A stretch of DNA of 51,461 nucleotides, from contig JAGGUQ010000023.1 in NCBI GenBank assembly GCA_021158435.1, positions 1 to 51,461 of the forward strand, written 5' to 3'. Both the position numbers and the translations under genes were made by a program. This DNA comes from a bacterium. Its GTDB lineage: Bacteria; Patescibacteriota; Patescibacteriia; UBA2591; MWDC01. Under the pieces are notes generated by a model. The model was not told the origin of the DNA, made no database searches, and saw only the letters and a list, made by a program, of their open reading frames with translations. Below are positions 17,331-27,114 of this stretch, piece by piece; within the stretch, counting starts at the first letter, position 1, and each line of letters begins with the position of its first letter.

Positions 17331-18251
17331 TTAAATCTTTAAATAGCGCCAAATAGCTACTAAACCTGAAAAAACAACTAAAATCAATCCAAAAACCCCT
17401 AAAATTCCAAAAAACTGCCAATAAAAATTCTGAAAATACTCGCTAAAAACAAAACCTGAACCAAAAAAATCAGTCAAATAAGGATCAATGAATTTTAGAA
17501 CATAAGAAAATATCCCCAGATTAATTAACCAAGCAATAAGAGCATATAAACAAGATTCAATAATAAAAGGCGCTCTAATAAAAGATGCCTTTGCCCCTAC
17601 TAATCTCATAATTGCAATTTCGTCTCTTCTCGCATATATTCCTAAACGCACTGTATTAAAAATAGCCAAACCAGCAACTAAAACAAAAAATAAGGTAATA
17701 GAACCCAAAAATAGCTTTAATTTCTTTGAAAAATTGGTTAATACCTCAGCTACTGATTGGTAATCAAAAAAATCTTCATCTTGAATAAAATCTTTAAATT
17801 CTGATCCAGAAACATAATCTACAACTTCCTGCACTTGCGAAGGATCAAACAGCTTAACAGACAATAATGGACCAAAAGGATTTTTTTCTATTTCTTCTAT
17901 TGCTTTTGCAATTGTTTCATCTTGTTGGTTGCTTTTTTTGAAATCCTCAAAAACATCTTCTGCTGACAAATAACTCACGCTTTTTACTTGAGGCAAATTT
18001 TCTATTCCGGTCTTAAAATCAGAAATTTGTTCTAAAGTTAAGTCATTCTTTAAATAAAAATTTAAATCTACTTTTTCCTCTAAAGAAGTAAACGCATAGT
18101 TAAAAAGTATATTTAAAACACCAAATATACTCAAGGAAAAAAGCATCAAAAAAATCATTAAAATACTCACTATACTTAACCAAAAATTGCGGAAAAAACT
18201 TTGAAAAGCTAAAATAAAAGAATAAAACATAAAAATTAAACTGATTAACAA
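17331..18251 (-). CDS. ftsX: FtsX-like permease (cell-division ABC transporter permease family)
   Basis: Topology is TM1, an extracytoplasmic loop of about 110 aa, then three C-terminal TM helices. The N-terminus reads AFQSFFRNFWLSIVS. The track start is a TTG. No ftsE is adjacent. Confidence 0.7.
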   Translation of the reverse strand: MLISLIFMFYSFILAFQSFFRNFWLSIVSILMIFLMLFSLSIFGVLNILFNYAFTSLEEKVDLNFYLKNDLTLEQISDFKTGIENLPQVKSVSYLSAEDVFEDFKKSNQQDETIAKAIEEIEKNPFGPLLSVKLFDPSQVQEVVDYVSGSEFKDFIQDEDFFDYQSVAEVLTNFSKKLKLFLGSITLFFVLVAGLAIFNTVRLGIYARRDEIAIMRLVGAKASFIRAPFIIESCLYALIAWLINLGIFSYVLKFIDPYLTDFFGSGFVFSEYFQNFYWQFFGILGVFGLILVVFSGLVAIWRYLKI

Positions 18252-18315
18252 ATTATTCTCTTAAATCCTCTAAATAAAAGCTTTACTAATAAAAAGTTAT
18301 CAAAATTCCTCTTGG

Positions 18316-18344
18316 TTGTCAAAAGTGAGAAAAAAGTATATAAT
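18316..18344 (+). promoter_or_regulatory. Sigma-70-like promoter candidate for dnaE
   Basis: TTGTCA (18316-18321), a 17-nt spacer, then TATAAT (18339-18344). It lies about 58 nt upstream of the dnaE ATG. Confidence 0.5.
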
Positions 18345-18402
18345 AATTTATTGCTTATTTTATTACTTTTCTCTATTTAATTAAAAGCAATTTCTTGTTT
18401 TT

Positions 18403-21400
18403 ATGTTTATTCATCTTCATACTCATAGTCATTATTCTCTTTTAGATGGGTTAGGTAAAATAGATGATTTAATTGAGCAGGCTAAAAAGTACAAAATGCC
18501 TGCTTTAGCTCTAACAGACCACGGCGTTCTTTATGGTGCTATTGAATTTTACCAAAAAGCAACGCAGGCAAAAATAAAACCTATAATTGGGGCAGAGGTT
18601 TATGTTGCCCCTTTTAAACATACAGATAGAAAAAAAACCAACGAAAAACCTTATCACTTGGTTCTTTTAGCTAAAGACTACAATGGATACAAAAATCTAA
18701 TAAAACTTGTTACCATTGCCCATTTAGAGGGATTTTATAGAAAGCCAAGAATTGATGATTCTTTACTAAAAAAATATTCCCAGGGTTTGATTGCTCTTTC
18801 TGCTTGTGATCAAGGAAAAATTCCTCGCCTTATTATTGAAAAAAAATTAAAACAAGCTGAACAAACAGCCCTGTTTTACAAAGAAATTTTTAATAATAAT
18901 TTTTATTTAGAACTTCAAGACAGACCAGAAAATGAGGATAGAAAAATTATAAACAAACAACTGATTAAATTAAGTAAAAAACTCAATATCCCCTTAGTTG
19001 CAACCAATGATATACATTACATTTCCAAAGAAGACAGGGATGTTCATGACATTTTGCTTTGCCTTCAAACCAAGAAAAAAAAGGATGATAAAAATCGCTT
19101 AAAAATTGAAAGCGATCTTTCTTTTACTTCTCCCCAAGAAATGGAAAAAAAATTTAAAAATATCCCTGAAGCAATAAAAAATACCCAAAAAATTGCCGAT
19201 TTATGCAATTTAAAAATAGAATTTGGAAAAACAACCCTTCCTTATTTTAAAACTCCTGAGAATAAAACACCTGACGAATACTTAAAAGAACTTTGTCTTA
19301 AAAATCTTCCTAAGAGATACTCTAAAAAAAGAAAAGAAGTAATTGAAAGATTAAATTACGAATTAGAAATTATTAAAAAGACTAAATTTTCTTCTTATTT
19401 TCTTATTGTTCAAGACTTAGTTAATTGGGCAAAAAATCAAGGAATTGTTGTTGGCCCTGGCCGAGGATCAGCTGCTTCATCAATTGTTTCTTATCTTCTT
19501 AATATTACTAATGTTGATCCTTTAAAATACGGCTTGATTTTTGAAAGATTTCTTAATCCTGAAAGAATTTCTATGCCTGATATTGACTTGGATTTTGCTG
19601 ACACAAGAAGAGATGAGGTCGTCCGATATATTGAAAAAAAATACGGAAAGAAACAAGTTGCTGGAATTATAACTTTTGGAACAATGGCTGCCCGAGTAGC
19701 AGTGAGAGATGTTGGCAGAGTCCTGGGTTTCCCCTACAGCTTCTGTGATCAGCTTGCTAAAACAATACCCCAAAATTTTTCTTTAGAGCAAGCCTTAGAA
19801 AAAACCCAAGAACTTAAAGATTTTATTGCTTCAAATAAAGATGCTAAAAAAATTATTGATATTGCCCTAAAATTAGAAGGAGTTGTCAGGCATTCTTCCA
19901 GACATGCCTGTGGTATAGTAATTGCCCCAAAAGAACTAACAGAATATACCCCCCTTCAGTACGATGTTTCTGGTAAAGAAAAATCAATCATTAGTCAGTA
20001 TGAAATGCATGCTATTGAAAGTTTGGGGCTTCTTAAAATGGATTTATTAGGTTTAAAAAACCTAACCCTTCTTGAAACAGCAATCAAGCTCATTAAAAAA
20101 ACAAGAAATGTAGATATTAAATTGGAAGAGATTCCTCTTACTGATAAAAAAACATTCAGGCTTCTCCAAAAAGGCGAAACAATTGGCTGTTTCCAACTTG
20201 AAAGTTCAGGAATGAGAAGCTACTTAAGAGAACTTAAACCAACAAACTTTGAAGATATAATTGCTATGGTTGCTCTTTACCGGCCAGGTCCAATGAGGCT
20301 GATTAAAAACTACATTGACGGGAAACACAAAAAGAAAAAACCCACCTACCTTCATCCAAAACTTCGTCCTATTTTAGAAAAAACATATGGGGTATGTGTT
20401 TACCAAGAACAAGTTCTTCAAATAGCCAAAGATTTAGCTGGTTTTTCTTTAGGAGAAAGTGATATTCTTAGGAAAGCTGTTGGGAAAAAGATTCCTAAAC
20501 TTCTTCAAGAACAAAAAGATAAATTTATTCAGGGGTGCTTAAAAAATAAAATCAGCAAAAAAATTGCTGAACAAATATTTTCTTTTATTGAACCATTTGC
20601 TGGTTATGCTTTTAACCGCAGCCACGCAACTTGTTATGCAATGATTGCTTACCAAACAGCTTATTTAAAAGCTAATTATCCTGAAGAATTTATGGCCGCT
20701 CTTCTAACCTCTGACCAAAACGACACAGACAGAATAAACATTGAAATTGAAGAAGCTCGAAAAATGAATATTGAAATTCTCAAGCCTGACATTAATGAAA
20801 GTTTTGAAAGCTTTAGTCCTCAAAAAAACAAAATACGTTTCGGGCTATTGGCTATAAAAAATGTAGGGAAGCCTATTGTTGAAGAAATAATCACTGAAAG
20901 AGAAAAAAATGGACCTTTTAAGTCTTTAGAAGATTTCTTAACCCGCATCCACTCCCGACATTTAAACAAAAAATCTCTTGAAAGCCTTATTAAAGCTGGA
21001 GCTTTAGATTCATTAGGGGATCGCGGAGCAATGCTTGCCAGTTTAGATCTTCTTTTAAATTTTGCTAAGCAGCAACAAAAAGACAAACATAATGGACAAA
21101 GCACCCTTTTCTCTATTTCTAAAACTAATAATTTATCTTTAAAACTCAAAAAACCACTAAATATTTCTACTTGTCAAGAATTATTTTGGGAAAAAGAACT
21201 ATTAGGAATTTTTATCTCTAGCCACCCTTTAAAAGAATACGAGAAGATTATAAAAAGATATGCAACCCCTGTAAAAAATATAAAACCCAATAGTTTCAAT
21301 AAAATCTTAACTGTTATTGAAAAAATAGAAAAAAAATCAACAACCAATGGACAAACTATGCTTTTTGTTGAAGTTTCGGATTTTTCTGGACAAATTGAAA

Positions 21401-21570
21401 TTATTGTCTTCCCTTCTGTTTACCAAGCAACAAAAAATATCTGGCAGGAAGGTAACATTATTTTTGTCCAGGGTAGAGCTTCATTCAATCGGGATGGGAA
21501 AATTAACCTGATTGTTGAACAAGCTAAAAAAGTTGAAAAAGAAAAGTTAGACGAGCTTGTTTTACAATAA
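18403..21570 (+). CDS. dnaE: DNA polymerase III alpha subunit
   Basis: PHP motif HLHTHSHYSLLDG, plus GRGSAASSIVSYLLNIT, LLKMDLLGLKNL and FNRSHATCYA, with a C-terminal OB region. Confidence 0.93.
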   Translation: MFIHLHTHSHYSLLDGLGKIDDLIEQAKKYKMPALALTDHGVLYGAIEFYQKATQAKIKPIIGAEVYVAPFKHTDRKKTNEKPYHLVLLAKDYNGYKNLIKLVTIAHLEGFYRKPRIDDSLLKKYSQGLIALSACDQGKIPRLIIEKKLKQAEQTALFYKEIFNNNFYLELQDRPENEDRKIINKQLIKLSKKLNIPLVATNDIHYISKEDRDVHDILLCLQTKKKKDDKNRLKIESDLSFTSPQEMEKKFKNIPEAIKNTQKIADLCNLKIEFGKTTLPYFKTPENKTPDEYLKELCLKNLPKRYSKKRKEVIERLNYELEIIKKTKFSSYFLIVQDLVNWAKNQGIVVGPGRGSAASSIVSYLLNITNVDPLKYGLIFERFLNPERISMPDIDLDFADTRRDEVVRYIEKKYGKKQVAGIITFGTMAARVAVRDVGRVLGFPYSFCDQLAKTIPQNFSLEQALEKTQELKDFIASNKDAKKIIDIALKLEGVVRHSSRHACGIVIAPKELTEYTPLQYDVSGKEKSIISQYEMHAIESLGLLKMDLLGLKNLTLLETAIKLIKKTRNVDIKLEEIPLTDKKTFRLLQKGETIGCFQLESSGMRSYLRELKPTNFEDIIAMVALYRPGPMRLIKNYIDGKHKKKKPTYLHPKLRPILEKTYGVCVYQEQVLQIAKDLAGFSLGESDILRKAVGKKIPKLLQEQKDKFIQGCLKNKISKKIAEQIFSFIEPFAGYAFNRSHATCYAMIAYQTAYLKANYPEEFMAALLTSDQNDTDRINIEIEEARKMNIEILKPDINESFESFSPQKNKIRFGLLAIKNVGKPIVEEIITEREKNGPFKSLEDFLTRIHSRHLNKKSLESLIKAGALDSLGDRGAMLASLDLLLNFAKQQQKDKHNGQSTLFSISKTNNLSLKLKKPLNISTCQELFWEKELLGIFISSHPLKEYEKIIKRYATPVKNIKPNSFNKILTVIEKIEKKSTTNGQTMLFVEVSDFSGQIEIIVFPSVYQATKNIWQEGNIIFVQGRASFNRDGKINLIVEQAKKVEKEKLDELVLQ

Positions 21571-21677
21571 TAAATCTTTATAGAAAGCAGGCAAGAAAAC
21601 TCATTCCCTTTTAAGGGATGAGATGAAAGCTTAGAGTGTTTCTTGACAAGTGAATGATAATTATATATACCTGAGTT

Positions 21678-21938
21678 ATGAAAACAAGAAAAATCCGCTA
21701 TACTGCAGATAAGCTTAAAGGAACAACAAATATGTTAATCAGAACCTACAAATACAGAATATATCCAACAAAGACACAACAAACTCTTCTTGGAAAAATT
21801 ATTCAGGAATCCCGGAGTCTACCTCCGGAGACTACCTCTGGGATGACCCTAGGAACTAGGGGAATCAACGTCTGTGGAGTTGAGGGAATACCCTTTGACT
21901 TTGAAGCAGGAAGCTTTACGCCCTTAGGTACAAAGTAA
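21678..21938 (+). pseudogene. tnpB: Internally deleted tnpB (IS200/IS605-family OrfB/TnpB) relic
   Basis: The internal Met at 21732 gives MLIRTYKYRIYPTKTQQTLL, the canonical TnpB N-terminal signature (YKFRIYPT.EQ). After about 25 codons the frame jumps to a tail resembling TnpB C-termini (GTRGINVCG...FEAGSFTPLG). No RuvC or zinc-ribbon core is present. Total length is 86 aa against about 400 aa for an intact protein. Confidence 0.6.
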
Positions 21939-21957
21939 TCCACAATACAATAAAGAT

Positions 21958-23085
21958 ATGCCAAAAATTTTTATTTCTCCCCAAAACAAAATCGGCTCCT
22001 ATTTTATAGGAACAAGTTTGGTTTTGCTAATACTTTGTTTAGTTAATTTCAGCCTTTTTGAGCAAAAATTAGAAATTCAATTACAAATAGAACCTGAAAT
22101 TATTCAGAATGAATTCTTGGTTACAGTTAAAACAGAAAACTCAAACCTCCAAGCTGATTTTACTGGCCAACTTGTTCAAGGAATAAAACAAGCAAGCCTT
22201 TCTATGGAGCCCCCAGCAATTGCAACTAAGCAAGGTTATGCTGAGGGGGAAGTTTTTGTCTATAATGAAACTTACAGCCCAAAAACTATTATTGCTGCCT
22301 CCCGCATCCAAAGCCCTGAAGGTTTAATTTTTAGAACAGAAGAGAAAATTACCATCCCTGCTCAAGGAAAAGTTAAAGTTAAAGTTAAAGCAGATAAACC
22401 TGGCAAAGAATATGAATTAGAACCAACAACATTCACTTTCCCTGGTTTAAAAAGCTACCCAGACCTATATGAAAATATCTATGCCAAAAACGAATCAAAA
22501 TTCTCTAAAGGCGAAATAAAAATAGGAATTGCCAAACAAGAAGATATTGCTAATCTTAAAAATAACCTTGAGAAAAAATTACAAGAACTCTTTTTAAAAG
22601 ACATAACCTCAAACCTGCCAGAAAGTGGTTATACAATAACTATAAAAAAAGAAAAAAGCAATATCAGCTGTAATGCTCAGCCAAATGAACAAATAGAAAA
22701 TCTTATCTGTTCTGGGGAGTCACATTTCCAAGCTGTAATTGTTAATCAAGAAGCATTGACTAACCGAGCTAAACAAGAAATTGTTGCCTCTCTCCCCCGA
22801 GGGAAAAATTTCCTTGATTTAACTGGGAATCCTCAAGTTGAAATTAAAGATTTCTCTGAGGAAAAAGCGGTTCTTTCTGTTAAAGCCCAGGGCCAAGCTG
22901 TTTTAAGTTCTGAGTTTGCTGCTTTAGATAAAAAAGAATTAGCCAGTCTAAACTTAAACCAGCTTAAAGACTACCTTTTAAAAATACAAGGTGTTAAAGA
23001 TGTATCTTTTAAATTTAGGCCTTTTTTCCTTAAAAGGATTCCCAAAAAAGAAAACAATATTATCTTAACAATAAAACAAAAATGA
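21958..23085 (+). CDS. Membrane-anchored hypothetical protein
   Basis: N-terminal TM helix IGTSLVLLILCLVNFSLF. The middle region loosely recalls baseplate-J-like proteins annotated in CPR genomes; I hold that only at low confidence. Its stop overlaps the thrS start (ATGA). Confidence 0.6.
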   Translation: MPKIFISPQNKIGSYFIGTSLVLLILCLVNFSLFEQKLEIQLQIEPEIIQNEFLVTVKTENSNLQADFTGQLVQGIKQASLSMEPPAIATKQGYAEGEVFVYNETYSPKTIIAASRIQSPEGLIFRTEEKITIPAQGKVKVKVKADKPGKEYELEPTTFTFPGLKSYPDLYENIYAKNESKFSKGEIKIGIAKQEDIANLKNNLEKKLQELFLKDITSNLPESGYTITIKKEKSNISCNAQPNEQIENLICSGESHFQAVIVNQEALTNRAKQEIVASLPRGKNFLDLTGNPQVEIKDFSEEKAVLSVKAQGQAVLSSEFAALDKKELASLNLNQLKDYLLKIQGVKDVSFKFRPFFLKRIPKKENNIILTIKQK

Positions 23086-24836
23086 AAAGGAAATTAAATG
23101 TTCAAACCTTAAGACACTCAACAGCCCACTTAATGGCTGGGGCAATCTTGGAGCTCTGGCCAGAGGCAAAATTTGGAATTGGTCCAGCAATTGAAAGCGG
23201 TTTTTACTATGATTTTGATCTGCCCCAAACTATCAGCGAAAAAGACCTCCCTTTGATAGAAAAAAAGATGAAAGAGCTTGCTGAAAAAAATCTTAAATTT
23301 GAGAAAAAAACTCTTAGTATCAAACAGGCAGAAAACCTTTTTAAAAAATTGAACCAACCTTACAAACTTGAAATTCTTGAAGAACTTAAAAAATTAAAAA
23401 ACGGAGAAAAATCACCGCAAGTCACTATCTATAAATTAGGAAACTTCATAGACCTTTGTAAAGGGCCTCATCTTCGTTCAACTAAACAAATTAAATTTTT
23501 TAAACTAACTAAAGTGGCTGGAGCTTACTGGAAAGGCGATGAAAAAAACAAAATGCTCCAAAGAATTTATGGTATAGCTTTTCCCACCCAAAAAGAATTA
23601 AATGATTATCTAAGTCTTCTGGAAGAAGCAGAAAAAAGAGATCACCGCAGGTTGGGTAAAGAGTTAGATCTGTTCAGTATTGATGAAGAAGTTGGGGCAG
23701 GTCTTCCTTTATGGCATCCAAAAGGAGCTATGCTTCGTCAAATAATTGAAGATTTTTGGATTAAAGAACATCTCAAAAATGGCTACGAATTAGTTAAAAC
23801 TCCTCATATTGGAAATATTAACCTCTGGAAAACATCAGGGCATTGGGGTTTTTATCGAGAAAATATGTATTCCCCTATAAAAATTGAAAATGAAGAATAC
23901 TTACTTAAACCAATGAACTGCCCTTTTCATATTAAAATTTATAAATCTAAGATTCGCAGTTGGAGGGATCTTCCTATTCGTTGGGCAGAATTAGGTACAG
24001 TTTACCGCTATGAAAAGTCAGGAGTGCTTCACGGGTTAGTCCGAGTAAGAGGTTTTACTCAAGATGATGCTCATATTATTTGCACAAAGGAACAACTAAA
24101 TGAAGAACTAGATAGAGTAATAAAACTAACTCGTTTTATTCTTTCCAGCTTTGGTTTCAAGGAATATAATATTTATCTCAGTATCCGTGATCCCAAAAAA
24201 AAGAAAAAATATGTTGGTGATGATAAAATCTGGGATACAGCTGAAAACGCCTTAGAAAAAGCTCTTATAAGAAATAAATTAAAATATCAAAGAGATGTGG
24301 GTGAAGCAAAATTTTATGGCCCAGCAATTGATATAAAAATTAAAGATGTACTTGGAAGAGAATGGCAATGTTCAACATTACAATTAGACTTTAATCTCCC
24401 GGAAAGATTTGAAATTTATTTCATCAACAAAAAGGGAAAAAGGGAAACTCCTATTATGCTTCACCGCGCTCTTATGGGCTCCTTAGAAAGATTTGTTGCT
24501 GTTCTAATAGAACATTATAATGGAGCATTTCCTGTTTGGCTCGCACCTGTTCAGGTTGTAATTATCCCTGTTGGCAGCAACCATATCAAACCTGCAAACA
24601 AATTAGCCCAAGAACTTAAAGAGCAAAATATAAGAGTTGAAGTAGACCAATTAAGAGAGACTGTTGGAAACAAAATTAGAAAAGCAGAAAAACAAAAAAT
24701 TCCCTATATGCTCGTAATTGGAGATAAAGAAGCAAAAGGCAGATATCTAAACATAAGAGAAAGAGGGAAAAAACAAATAAAAAAAATGACTAGAAAACAA
24801 TTTATTTCCCTGCTAAAGGAACAATCCACTGTTTAA
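23082..24836 (+). CDS. thrS: Threonyl-tRNA synthetase (lacks the N-terminal TGS domain)
   Basis: Starts directly in the editing domain (RHSTAHLMAGA). Contains HRRLGKELDLF, PMNCPFH and RVRGFTQDDAHIIC, plus a C-terminal anticodon-binding domain. Length is 584 aa. Confidence 0.92.
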   Translation: MKRKLNVQTLRHSTAHLMAGAILELWPEAKFGIGPAIESGFYYDFDLPQTISEKDLPLIEKKMKELAEKNLKFEKKTLSIKQAENLFKKLNQPYKLEILEELKKLKNGEKSPQVTIYKLGNFIDLCKGPHLRSTKQIKFFKLTKVAGAYWKGDEKNKMLQRIYGIAFPTQKELNDYLSLLEEAEKRDHRRLGKELDLFSIDEEVGAGLPLWHPKGAMLRQIIEDFWIKEHLKNGYELVKTPHIGNINLWKTSGHWGFYRENMYSPIKIENEEYLLKPMNCPFHIKIYKSKIRSWRDLPIRWAELGTVYRYEKSGVLHGLVRVRGFTQDDAHIICTKEQLNEELDRVIKLTRFILSSFGFKEYNIYLSIRDPKKKKKYVGDDKIWDTAENALEKALIRNKLKYQRDVGEAKFYGPAIDIKIKDVLGREWQCSTLQLDFNLPERFEIYFINKKGKRETPIMLHRALMGSLERFVAVLIEHYNGAFPVWLAPVQVVIIPVGSNHIKPANKLAQELKEQNIRVEVDQLRETVGNKIRKAEKQKIPYMLVIGDKEAKGRYLNIRERGKKQIKKMTRKQFISLLKEQSTV

Positions 24837-24862
24837 ATAACCTCCCAACAAGTTGTATTCTA

Positions 24863-24901
24863 TTCTGACTTCAATTATAATTTTTGAAGTCAGAATTTTT
24901 G
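24863..24901 (+). terminator. Rho-independent terminator after thrS
   Basis: A perfect 12-bp stem ttctgacttcaa/ttgaagtcagaa with a 9-nt loop, followed by TTTTT. Confidence 0.75.
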
Positions 24902-24917
24902 CTCTAATTCAAAAGAT

Positions 24918-26186
24918 ATGGACAAAATCAAAACAACTAAACACAATAAACAATCCTATTGGATAATTACCTATGGGTGTCAGATGAATAAAAGCGATTC
25001 TGAAAGAATTGCCAGCTTTCTCCAAAGCCAAAATTTTAAAAAAGCTAAAAATAAAAAAACAGCTGACCTTATTATTATCAATGCCTGTTCAGTCCGCCAA
25101 TCTGCTGTTGACAGAGTTTATGGACAAATTAATCAAATTAAAAAAAATGAAAAAAAACAAAAAATATACCTTACTGGCTGTTTAACAGAAAAAGACAAAC
25201 AAGCGCTTCAACCAAAAGTGGACCTTATCTTCAACATAAAAGAACTAAGCACTATCTGTGGTGGGGAAAAAATAGATACATATTTCAAAATTCCTCCTCT
25301 ACCAAACAACAGTGTATCTGTTTTTATCCCTATTTCAACTGGCTGTGATAATTTCTGTTCATACTGCGTTGTTCCTTACACCAGGGGGAGAGAATACCAT
25401 CGCCCAGCTGAAGAAATTTTAAAAGAAGTTGAAATGTTTATAAAAAGGGGGTTTAAAGAAATTATCCTTTTAGGTCAAAATGTTAACTCTTATCATTACA
25501 AAAATATTGACTTCACAGATCTTCTTCAACTAATTGAAAACATTCCTGGTAATTTCTGGATAACCTTTTTAACTAATCACCCTAAAGACCTATCCGAAAA
25601 ACTAATTGATTATGTGGCAGAAAGCAAAAAAGTATGTCCTTACTTTCATTTGCCAGTTCAATCAGGTGATAACAAAATTCTAAAACTAATGAATCGTCAC
25701 TATACAGTGAAAAAATACATTAAAAAAGTAAAAAAACTCAGAAAAAAAATTAAAGATGTTTGTATTTCTACTGATATTATTGTTGGCATCCCAACAGAAA
25801 CAACTTCTCAATTCAAAAACACAGCTAAACTAATGAAAAAATTAAAATTTGATATGGCTTATATTGCTCAATATTCTCCACGTCCTCAAACTGCTTTATC
25901 TAAAGTAAAAGACGATATTCCTAAAAAGGAAAAACAAAAAAGAGAACAAGAACTAATTAAAATCTTAGAAAAAACCGCTCTTGAAAACAACAAAAAGTAT
26001 TTAGGAAAAACAAAAGTCGCCCTAATTACTAAATATGAAAAAGGTTATCTTTTTGGCCACTTAAAAAATCAAAAACAAATAAAAATCTCTTCAAAAAAAG
26101 ATTTAACCGGAGAAATGGTTAAAGTAAAAATTACCCAAGCTAACCCATATAGCCTAAAAGGGGAATTGATTTATGACAAAAAATAA
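24918..26186 (+). CDS. miaB: tRNA methylthiotransferase (radical SAM) of the MiaB family
   Basis: N-terminal YGCQMNKSDSE, radical-SAM motif CDNFCSYCVVPYTRGRE and a C-terminal TRAM-like region. It overlaps miaA. Confidence 0.85.
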   Translation: MDKIKTTKHNKQSYWIITYGCQMNKSDSERIASFLQSQNFKKAKNKKTADLIIINACSVRQSAVDRVYGQINQIKKNEKKQKIYLTGCLTEKDKQALQPKVDLIFNIKELSTICGGEKIDTYFKIPPLPNNSVSVFIPISTGCDNFCSYCVVPYTRGREYHRPAEEILKEVEMFIKRGFKEIILLGQNVNSYHYKNIDFTDLLQLIENIPGNFWITFLTNHPKDLSEKLIDYVAESKKVCPYFHLPVQSGDNKILKLMNRHYTVKKYIKKVKKLRKKIKDVCISTDIIVGIPTETTSQFKNTAKLMKKLKFDMAYIAQYSPRPQTALSKVKDDIPKKEKQKREQELIKILEKTALENNKKYLGKTKVALITKYEKGYLFGHLKNQKQIKISSKKDLTGEMVKVKITQANPYSLKGELIYDKK

Positions 26187-27114
26187 ATTAATCGTAATTT
26201 TAGGTCCAACAGGAAGCGGCAAAACATCTCTTTCTCTTAAATTAGCCAAAGAGTTTAATGGAGCTATTATCTCTGCTGACAGCCGGGCAATATATAAAGA
26301 AATGAATATTGGCACAGCTAAACCTGAACATTTAAAGCCAAACTTCCGAAAAAATCCACTCTTGCCTATATTCTCTGAAAATGTCCCTCACTACTTAATC
26401 AACATTAATAAACTAAACCAGCCTTTAACCTTATCCCAATATCAAAAACTGGTTAAAAAATGCCTTTTTATTATAAAAAAACAAGGGAAAACAGCTTTTT
26501 TGGTTGGGGGCACTGGTCTATATATTAAAAGTATTACTTTTAATTATGCCATCCCAAAAGTAAAACCAAATTCAACCTTAAGGAAATCCCTGGAATACGC
26601 AGCAAAAAAATACGGCAATCAATATCTTTATCAAATCCTTTTACACTATGACCCTGAATGTGAATCATTTATTGACCCAAATAACACCCGCCGTATTATT
26701 AGGGCCTTGGAAGTATTTTTTTCAACTGGAAAACCTTTTTCTTGTTTACGAAAAACCAAAAAATCACAGTTGGATATTCTTAAAATAGGCATAAAAATTC
26801 CCCGAGAAAAACTTTATGCAAACATAGAAAAAAGAGTTGACAAAATGATAGAAAAAGGACTGGTTAAAGAAGTAAAAAAACTTTGGCAAAAATACCCTAA
26901 TAATCCCATTCTCCTAAATACTATAGGATATTCTGAAATAATTTCTTTCCTAAAAAAGAAAATTTCTTTAGAGCAGGCAATAAATCAAATTAAGAAAAAC
27001 ACAAAAAATTTTGCCAAAAGGCAAATAACTTGGTTTAAAAAAGAACCCAATATTCATTGGGTTAAAAATTACCAACAAGCAAAAAACTTAGTTAAATGTT
27101 TCCTTAAAAATTAA
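26173..27114 (+). CDS. miaA: tRNA dimethylallyltransferase
   Basis: P-loop ILGPTGSGKTSLS, plus SADSRAIYKEMNIGTAKP and NTRRIIRALEV. Confidence 0.9.
   Translation: MTKNKLIVILGPTGSGKTSLSLKLAKEFNGAIISADSRAIYKEMNIGTAKPEHLKPNFRKNPLLPIFSENVPHYLININKLNQPLTLSQYQKLVKKCLFIIKKQGKTAFLVGGTGLYIKSITFNYAIPKVKPNSTLRKSLEYAAKKYGNQYLYQILLHYDPECESFIDPNNTRRIIRALEVFFSTGKPFSCLRKTKKSQLDILKIGIKIPREKLYANIEKRVDKMIEKGLVKEVKKLWQKYPNNPILLNTIGYSEIISFLKKKISLEQAINQIKKNTKNFAKRQITWFKKEPNIHWVKNYQQAKNLVKCFLKN

Noticed and set aside
17331-18251. ftsX without ftsE as a sign of a pseudogene or a novel system.
   Set aside because: The reading frame is intact with the expected four-TM topology. ftsE may simply lie elsewhere in a genome whose operons are generally fragmented, and this cannot be assessed from this window.
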